DNA of 48,078 nucleotides, taken from assembly GCA_013265495.1 (NCBI GenBank), contig MU057781.1:1490001-1538078 (forward strand). The letters run 5' to 3'. The notes beneath the pieces are model-generated. The model saw only the letters and a list, made by a program, of their open reading frames with translations, did no database searches and was not told the DNA's origin. This document shows positions 1 through 8,844 of the stretch, in pieces. The DNA comes from Vicugna vicugna. Lineage: Eukaryota. Within the stretch, counting starts at the first letter, position 1. Each line of letters opens with the position of its first letter. The position numbers were made by a program, and so were the translations under genes.

Positions 1-29
1 CTTTCTGTTTCAACTTTATTAAAACCAGA

Positions 30-190
30 GGGGCCGCCGGCACTTGGGGGCGGGGTCGCGGCCTGGAGGGCGGGGCCTACGCTCTCGGGGGAAGCCCCGC
101 CCCCGTCGCGGGCCCCTCCGGTCAGGCGCGTGGGGGCGGGGGAGTCCAGGTTGCCTCTGCCAGGCCGCGCGTGACCAGCTGCCCTTGGGT
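30..190. promoter_or_regulatory. CpG-rich GC-box cluster at the window edge
   Basis: Four GGGCGGGG/CCCCGCCC boxes at about 47-55, 68-76, 94-103 and 132-142. Confidence 0.4.
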
Positions 191-627
191 CCGAAGGTGA
201 CCAGGTGACCCTCCCAGGACTCTGGTTCTCCTGGTTGTTTTGTTTTCGGTGGTTGCTGAAAGAATGAGAAGAGGAAGGAGAGAGAAAATCCGGAGAGCTT
301 TAGAGGACAGTGCTACCAAACCTCCCACCCTCGTCCTCCTGGACCGGACCTCAGGCCACAGAGGCTGTGCTGAGCCCACCTGGAGGGATGGAGGGGGTGC
401 ATGTGAAGGACTCCATAGGTCCTGCCCCTGTCAGCTCCAGCTGGTGGCTCAGGGAAGGGTTTATTTTGGGGTTCATCTCCTATTCCCCCAGCCCCCAGCT
501 CTGCCTTCTGGGGTGAGGGCCTGGCCAGCAGACTTGGGGGTTGGGGGAGTTACAAGGGGGGGTACCTGCTGTTTGCACATGTGTTCCTGGGAAGGCTGCG
601 GGGCGCAGAGTGTGTGGTGTAAAATCA

Positions 628-700
628 CTTCATTCACTCATTCATTCATTGCACAAACACCTGTGGGGCTTCTGCCGGTGTAGCCAGGCCCTGGAATGTA
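628..700 (-). mobile_element. L2 3' end remnant
   Basis: (TTCA)n tract followed by CAAACACCTGTGGGGCTTCTGCC..GCCAGGCCCTGG. Confidence 0.55.
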
Positions 701-3700
701 GCTCTGGGAGGGACAGGCTTGTCCGTGGCCCTTGGAAAGCCAAGGAATGGCTCTAGAGAACCACCCTCTGTGGCTTTGCCCCCAGCGCCAGCTACACCCC
801 AGCCCCAGGCCACACGTCCCCAGGCTGCACAGCAAGTTTTCAGGCCCTGGAGTCTGGGGTTTGGAGTCAGTCCTCAGGTACTCTGGGAGGTCGGGTGCCA
901 CTGTCCAGGAACTGGGCACCCGCTGGCCCAGGACGGGGCCTAAGTGGGCAGTTCAGACGGCAAGTGCAAGCCCAGTGGTCACTTGTCAGAAGTGCATCCA
1001 CTCAGCCTCCCAGGTCAGACAAAGCAGGGGCACTGTTTTGTTGGTAAAAGGTGAAGTGTGATGTTTATAAAAAAAAGTTTATTTTTGGAGTAGTTTTAGA
1101 TACATAAGATATAGCAAAGGTGGTACAGAGCATTCGGTGGGTTCCCCTGCACCCACACCTGGGAAGTTTGCTTGTGAATATGAGTGTATTCACACTTTGG
1201 AAGCTTAGCTTCCCTGCAGGGAGGAGGGTGGTCAGGACGGGAGGTGACTGAAGGGTCCTGCTGCCCTGAGGCCTCTGGGCAACCTGCCCTTGGTCCAAGG
1301 TGGGTGAGTGGTGGGAACCCAGCAGGGGCTGCAGATGTGGGCAGCTGAACAGGTGCAGCTGCTAGAAGAGGATGGTAGAGCTGGCTGCTCAGACCCACGC
1401 CTACTTGTAGTGAACTCCCATCCCCACCCACCATGTCGCTCTCCCTCCTCTGGGCACGGTGACCACCGACATGCATGGGAACGCTGTCCTTGCTGACTGG
1501 GCCCCTTGCCCAGGAGCACATGCAGACTGCAGCCTGACAGGGGGTGGATCCTGGGACCAGGTGTGCAGGCAGCTCTGGGTGGGGTCCGGGCCACCAGAAT
1601 TCCCCAGGGCTTTCCACGGCGGGCAGCCCCCCAGCACCTCTGCTCCCTGCCCAGGAGATGGCCGCCTGTAGTTAGCTCCTAGAATGAGGGTCCCCCAGGC
1701 CAGTCTGAATCCCTGCTGCCCCGTCCTCTGAGAACACGTGCCCTGCCCCCTCTCCCTCGTCCACCCTGGTTTCCTCCCTGTTCCCTCTGAGCCCTGGACC
1801 CAAGGGGTTTGCCAGCAGCTGCCTCTTGTTTCCTTATCCAGAGGGCAGGCCACAGTGGAGACTGAGTCTCCCTGGGCCAGGTGACCCCACCCCCTGCACA
1901 GGGCTCCCAGGAGGTGGCTCTCAGGCTGTGGCCCTCGGGCCAAGTGCCGGCCTCCACCTTGTGACAGGGCCTGGACACTGGACCAGAAGGGACTTCTTCT
2001 AAATCTGGGACATGAATGCAGAGACATCACCTGGCCGGGGATGCCTCCATTGGTGAACCTCAGGCCAACCTAAGGCACAGCACAGGTACAGCCACCCCGA
2101 GTGCTGACCACCACTCTTGCCTCCCATGGGCCTCAGCTGGGGCTGTGGCTCTCAGGTCCCCAGCTCCCTGGCTCCTGCACCGCTCTGGCAGCACCCCTGG
2201 GGAACAGGACCACTCATGCCCGGAACCAGGGACCCCCTTTTCCCCCACAGCCCCCACAGTCCCTCCAGGGCCCTGTCATGCACACAGCCAGGTGGCAGTG
2301 ACTTAGCTCTCCTAGGTGGTAGAAAAGAGGGAGCTGCCCCACTGCGGATGTGGGCCGTGTTGGGTCACGGTCAGGTCACAGGCGGCTGCAGCTGCGTGTG
2401 CTTCCTGAGCTGGCAGCCCCAGGCCAGGTGGCCTTGGAGGAGCCAGGCAGGGGTGGGTGACATCCTCCAGTGTCCTGGTCTGGGGACTGGTCCCCTAACT
2501 GCTGGACAGTGGCCTGGACACCCACTCCAGCTCTGTGCTTGCTCTGAGGTCCTGAGTGGCTGTGCCTGAGGGCGCCTGGCCTCTGCCCCATCTAAATGTC
2601 CGGCTGCAGGCCTGGCTGGTTAGGGCAGCTGAGGTGTCCTGAGGGCTCCACCCCTGGACAGATAATTGGGACACAGGCAGAGCGCCTGGAGCTGGCCTCA
2701 GCGCCCTCTGTCCTGGCTGCTCTGCCCCTCTGGGCTCTCCTCAGCCCTGGCCTTGGCACCAGCAGGCCCCACTCTAGCCCAGGGGGCATGGCTCAGAGCC
2801 GGGCCTGTTTCCAAACCCCTTTTGAGGAACAGACCAAAAGAAAGGAGCATCAGTGGCTTCAGCAAGTGAGCAGTTTACAACTCAGGCACACGAGCAGCTG
2901 CTGCCTCCCAAGCGGACCCAGCGGCTGCTGGGAGGGAACTGACTTCCACACACGGATCTCACAATTGCCCATCAGTTCCAACCACAGCTGTGCACAAAGC
3001 AAGCTCTGGCGGGACTTCTGTTTGCCTGTGAGCCATTGTTCCTGGTTTTGGAAGGAGGTTAAAAGAAACGTTTTGATGAGCCCTGAGCAGAGGTGAGCTT
3101 CCCCGGGTTCAGCCCTGAGTGTGAGGGCCGGTGAGGCGCCTGGGTTGGGGCCTGGGCACCGCCTGGAGCTCAGTGGAGCCCTGAGGGCTTGTTGCTTCCT
3201 GCATGGATGGTGCTGGCGAGGAGGTGCGCAGCCTTGACCACTGGGGGTGCTATTCCTGGTGAGGGTGCTGTCCTGAGGGGGTGCCATCCCTAGGGAGGGA
3301 GTGTGTCCCTGGGGGGTCGTATGCTTGGGAAGGGGGTGTTGCCCCCAACTGAGTTCAGGTTCACAGGAAGTAGACGTGTCCCCCGTGGTGGCCGGTGTCA
3401 GGGAAGGGCAGGAACCCCACAGGGCAGTTGGCACTGGGCCTCACAGACGGCAGTGACCGCCGGGCTCTCAGTCTGTCTGTAGTGGACACTTCCTGTGTAA
3501 CTGCTCTGCCCTGGAGAAGAGGGCGGTGTCGGGGGAGGGGGCAGCAGTTCCTCTCAGGCAGGGCTCGCAGGGGTCCTCATCCCTTTGTCTCCCTTTTTTG
3601 AAATCGCATTCAGACTCTGCCTTGATATGGAGAGCAGCCTCCACCTGATGGGGTTCCTGCCCCTTCGCCCGCCTGAGGTGCCACACTGGCCGGCTGTGGA

Positions 3701-5061
3701 CAGCACCCTCTCTACCAGCCACCGGAGCCTCCTCCAGTGCCCGGCGTCCCCGCTGGGCAGAAATCCGACACAGGGAGGACAGGCCCACTGGTAGCCCAGC
3801 AGGAAACGCGGGGTGGGGGCAGCATCCTGCTGCGGCCTTGAAAACAGAGGAAGTGAGTGCCTGGCTGCTCACAGCAAGAGCTGTTGGGATTTGGAGAGTA
3901 GGGGGCAGGGCTCCGTCTGAGGGCGCATGTCCCAGGGCCTGCTGTGCGGAGTTGGGGGCCTTCCCTGCCTCTGGGCTCTGGGAGTTTCCCAGCCTGCCCG
4001 AGGCCCTCTGTGCCCTTGGGCACAGCTCAGCATGAAGCTGGGCCCCCAGCACAATTTCTGACCCTGGTCAGAGGCTCTTCTCCACCTGCCCTCACCTGGC
4101 ATGGGCTTTGCAGGGCCCAGGGCTCCCCTGTGTCCCACCTGGGAGGTCTTTGAAACACAGGAACCCTTCTGGAGTTGGTGGAACAGGCCCTGGCTGGGGG
4201 TGGGGGATGGGCTGCAGGCCCCACCTGAGGCCTTCCCTGGGCCTGGAGCTCACCTGGGGGAGGGCGTGGTCTAGGTGTGGACGCAGCAGACCCAAGGCAG
4301 AGGAGCCTGTCACGTGTGGAGCTGACCAGAGCTAGGTTCTCCCTCCATCCCCTCCCAAATACTTCGCTGCTGCGCAGGTCAGACACACTGACACTGTGTC
4401 CACCTTATGGAGCCCTGCCAGGGGGGCAGTGATCCTGGAGCAGCACCTGTGTGGAGGCTGCTGGGGACGGCATGAGCCTCAGAGGCCCAAGTGGAGATCT
4501 AGACACAAAGAGGGAAAGGGTGACTGGCGGAGGGGATGGAGGCTGGGTGAGGCCGGAGCCCTGGGACTCAGGGGATTGGCGGGAGGGTAAGGGGCCTTGG
4601 GAGCTGGGTAGGAGCCAGATGTGGAGACTCCATGGACTGGCAGACAGCAGCGAGCTGAGGTCATCCAGTCCCACCCTGATGAGAGGGCAGGAGGGAAGCA
4701 GCCCCATGTCCCAAAAGCAGGAAGGTGGCCTGCGAGCTGGTGGGGTGGGTGTCCCAGGCCGAGGACAGCAAGAGCAGAACTGTGCCCCCAGCGCTGTTGG
4801 AGGTGGGGCCCTGGGCTGTTCTGAGGAAACACTCCAGGCCACACAGGGCACCGGCCACCGCAGGGCTCCGGCAGGAAGCACTTCCTGGCCCTGGACTCCG
4901 GCAACTGCATCTCGTGGTCACGGGCGTGGTTATGGTCGTGGTCACATGGCACTGCCTCTATGCAGCCGGGCAAGTCCAGGCTTGCAGACCTGTGCCTGCG
5001 TCTTCAATGCTCCGGTTACCGAGGTTTCCTCTAACTGTGTCTTTCCCATGTGCCATCTTGG

Positions 5062-5490
5062 ATTTGTAGTGGTGATATAATATACATAACATAAAATTTT
5101 CCATTTTAAAGTATACATTTTCGTGATAGGCAGTGTATTCACAAAGTTGTGCAACCATTAGAAGAATCTAATTCTGGAACATTCTCATCATCATTAGGTG
5201 CCACCCTGCTTTCCTCCTCTGCCCCTGGCAGCCACTTCCAGATGTTTCCCTTCAGTGGACTCAGACTCTACGTGGTCTTCACGCCCAGCTCCTTTCACTC
5301 AGGGTGACGTTTCCAAGGTGCATGCACCCTGTCGTATGTGCACTGCACCCCATTCCTTTTAATGGTGTGTCACATTCCATTGTGTGGATTTGCCATGTTT
5401 TGGTAACCCTTCATCACTTGTGCACATCTGGGTTGATTCCAGATTGCGCGTTGTGAGTGATAGGCTGCCTTATTTTGTGAATTGTGTAAA
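5062..5490 (-). mobile_element. Old L1M 3' end fragment
   Basis: ATATACATAACATAAAATTTTCCATTTTAAAGTATAC..TATTCACAAAGTTGTGCAACCAT is a typical antisense L1MB/ME terminus. Confidence 0.75.
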
Positions 5491-5862
5491 AGAACGAAAT
5501 GTCTTCAGGACGTGGAGTGTATGTCATAGCAGGAATGGCTGTGGCCGAGGCACCCCCCCACTCTCCTACTCCCATGGGCCATGCTTGGTGGCTTCGCTGC
5601 CCCACCATGCCAGGCCCAGCTTCCTGCAGCAAGATGAAGCCAGCTGTGCCTGGAAAGGAGGGGTCCCTGATTCTGGAGCACAGCCCCCCGACCCCTCTCA
5701 GCCCAGGCTGCTCGTGCCACCTGCCCCCGGACATTCTCCTGGCCTGTGGCTGCCAGGCCTGGCCCCCTCCGGCCCTTCCTGCTGCCCTTCGCCTGCGCAG
5801 CCCCTTGTCCAGCACTTGACTGCTGTGCTCCCACCCCATCTGGACCAGTGACTTGTCCATGC

Positions 5863-6385
5863 AGCGTCATTCAATAGAAACGCGACGTGAGCCTGTGTGT
5901 AACTGCAGGTGGTCTAGTAGCTACATCAAAACCATAAAAAGAAGCGGGGGAACCTCGTTGAATACTACATCTGTTTAACCTGATGTACCAGCGATCACTT
6001 TCACGTATAGCCAGTACAAAAATTGTTAGAGACATTGTCACCCTGTTTGTGGGCAGAGAAGTTTCTTTTTCAGTTGCACTGTTTTGTTCAGTTTGAAATT
6101 ACATTGTTTAATGGAGGGCGGGTAGACTGAAGCAGTCTGGGATTAAACGTGCCGCACGGTATTTGTATTTTGCAATGACGTGTAACTTTCTCCCCATAAC
6201 ACAAATTCTCTACCATTTCCATGTTCACTTTCTGTATCGCGGTGCTGGTGCTTTGTATGAAGAACATACCCATCCAGTTGGTAGCAAGTCTTTGAAACCC
6301 GGCATGTGTTTTCTACTCACCGCACATGCTCACTAGGACCAGCCATGTCTCGGGCTCTGTGGCCACGTGGGGCTGTGGGCTGCTT
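5863..6385. mobile_element. hAT-Charlie element with MER33-like ends and about 240 bp extra internal sequence (possible Charlie5 deletion derivative)
   Basis: CAATAGAAA..GAGCC..TCTAGTAGCTACAT..AAAAAGAA at the left end and AAGTCTTTGAAACCCGG..TGTGTTTT..GCACATG..AGCCA..GCCACGTGG at the right end, separated by an AT-rich insert at about 6050-6285. Confidence 0.6.
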
Positions 6386-8539
6386 AGCTTGGCTCCGGAT
6401 GCTGACCAAGCCCTCAGAGTGGCCTGGCACTGCCTTGGTCAGCAGAGTGATCCAGCCTAGCCTGTGGGGTCACAGGTCACCCACCCACAGGCACAGTGCA
6501 CACGGGGAAGGGCGGTTTTCTGACTCACGGTAAGTGGGGATGTTTCCACCCAAAATGCCAGCAGAAAGGGCTCCACCTCCAGCTCCCGAGCTGGCCTGCT
6601 ATCTGCTGGGGTCGGAAGGGAGAAGCCACCCCACTTCCAGGCTGAGCCCATGAGCATAAGGCTATGTGTCTGTCTGTGTGTGTATGGACACGTGTGCGCA
6701 TGTGGACGTGTGGGTGCACACAGGAGTATGTCTGTGTGTGGACGTGTGTGCAAGCAGGGGTGTGTGGGGTCTGGCTCCCAGGCAGGCTTGAGCCTTCACT
6801 GACCACCCTGCTGGGATTCCACTGGACAGGAGGTACCCTCAGAGGCCCGAGCACACACACGGTGCTGGCCCTCAGGTAGGGGAAGGGAGGGGTAGGGAGA
6901 CCTGAGAGGGAGATGGAGGGGGAAGGAGAGGAAGGACAATGGGGGCTGCAGCTGGTGCCCCTCTGGGCAGCTGGCACCAGTGGCTGGCTTGGCCGCTGGG
7001 TGAAGCTTCCTGGAGACACTGGGTGTGGGGGTGTTGGATGGCTGTCCTGAGGATCCCCAGCAGAACTTTCTCCCGGGCAGGCTGGGCCTCCAGCTGGACC
7101 CTGGGGTGAGAGGGAGCCTGCCCACCCACCAGCCACAGCCCCAGGGCTCTGCCTCCAGGGGGGCAGTAGGGGTCTTTCTGGTCTGGTTGGGGTGTGGAGG
7201 CCCTGGCAGCCCCGCGGGCACACCGTTATGTCATCTAGGGGCCCTGGAGTGGCCCGGTGAAGGCACAGCAATGGCGGGAGAAAGGCCAGGCCCTGCTGTG
7301 GGGTGGGCAGGAGGACCGAGGGAGCTCCGCCTCCTGCTCCTGGGGCTTGTGGAGGGAGATGCAGTGGGGTTGGGGGGACCGGAGCAGAGGCTGAGCAGGA
7401 GGATGTTACTGGAGGAGATTCTGTTGGGGAGGGTCACCCAGCAGCCGGGACCTTCCCTTGGAGGATGCAGCACCGGAAGAGCAATTAGGGACAGCCCCAC
7501 CCCCACGCCAGTCAGGCCCGCCCTGCTGACCCCAGCCAAAGCTCACCCTGTCGCCCTGGCCCTCCACTCACTGCTTCCCCAGAGAGTGCGGGGTCCCTCA
7601 GGGAGCCCTGATGGCCAGCACCACACCACCTTCTGGCCATCCTGCCTCCTGGGCCTCCAGTGGTGCTGGGCCACTTCTCCTCAGCCCGCCTCCTTCCTCA
7701 ATCTGGTTCCTGCTTTCGTTTTCCTGCGCCTGTTTGTTTTAGTAGAGATGCCTCCAGAGAGCGTCAGCTGCAGACTTTCTCCTGTCCCACGACAGCTCCA
7801 GGGGTCGTCCCCGGCTGCCTGCCGCCTCCTCTGAGGACTGGAGTGAGGACTGGACAGCACAGGGCCGCCTGTGCCTCTGGACCCCTGGACGCCGCGGAGG
7901 GTGCGCCCGGCCCCACTTGGAGGTGCAGGTGAGGAAATGCAGGAAGGCTGCAGCCCCCCCAGGGAGGGGCCCTGAGAGGCCAGACTTGCTCAGCTGCCAC
8001 CTCTGGGAGGGGTCAGCCAAGGTGGAAGGGCTTGCTAGCCGGGAAAGTGTGGTGTCTTCCTGTCACTAGAGCGGGTGGGGGTTGGGGCCCTGGGGAAGGG
8101 GGTGGGGAGGTGGTTTCCTGGAGCTGCTGGCTAGATGGCCTGGGACCTTGCAGGGCTGGCCCGGACCTTGTGACCCTCACTCTGTTCACCCAAATGAGGC
8201 CAACGGCCACAGTGAGGTCCCGGCCCCTCTTGTGCCTGCAGGTTTGCTGGGCTTCAGAGGGAGGGCCGCTTGCTGGGGCCACCACAGCTGGCCATGGAAG
8301 TGCAGGAGAGCTCCCAGGATTGAGCCAGGAAGAGGCTTCTTAGACACAAGCAGACAGACGCCAAGTGATGGCAGTTCAAGCTCAGGCCTCCGCCTGGTGA
8401 GGCTGAGCAGCAGGGTCTCTATGGGAGGGTGTCAGCAGAGCAGTGACGTCCTAGTGCCCTGGACAGTGTGGCTGCCCGTTGCGGGCTCAGTTCACTTGTG
8501 GCCCTGCGGGACACGACCCTGATGCTCACACCACACAGG

Positions 8540-8786
8540 GCCACTTCCCACTGCTCCGGAGGCTGGGTTCCGCTTCCTGGCTTTTACATGCTGCCTTCTC
8601 GCCGGGTCCTCCTGTGGGGAGGGGGCGGGGGGGAGGAGCTCTCAGGGGTCTCTTTCCAAAGGACACTGATGCCATTGCGGGGCCTCATCACCACCTCATC
8701 ACCTCCCATAAGTCCTGCCTCTTGGACCTTGGGAGTTAGGATTTCAATGTGTGAACTGGGGGGACCCAGACACTCAGTCTATAGCA
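8540..8786 (-). mobile_element. Degenerate MaLR LTR (MLT1A/MST-like) just upstream of the TIR ORF
   Basis: GAGCTCTCAGGGGTCTCTTT..AAGGACACTGATGCCATT..ATCACCTCCCA..TTAGGATTTCAATGTGTGAA..CAGACACTCAGTCTATAGCA. Confidence 0.65.
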
Positions 8787-8844
8787 ACCCCCCATGGCCA
8801 GTGACACGTGAGCCACATGTGAAGGGAAAGAAGGCCTGGGAGGC

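Noticed and set aside
122..7540. Multi-exon minus-strand gene built from candidate exons at 122-255, 1411-1532 and 7231-7539
   Set aside because: Plausible splice sites exist but no frame gives a recognisable protein; consistent with GC-rich noise.
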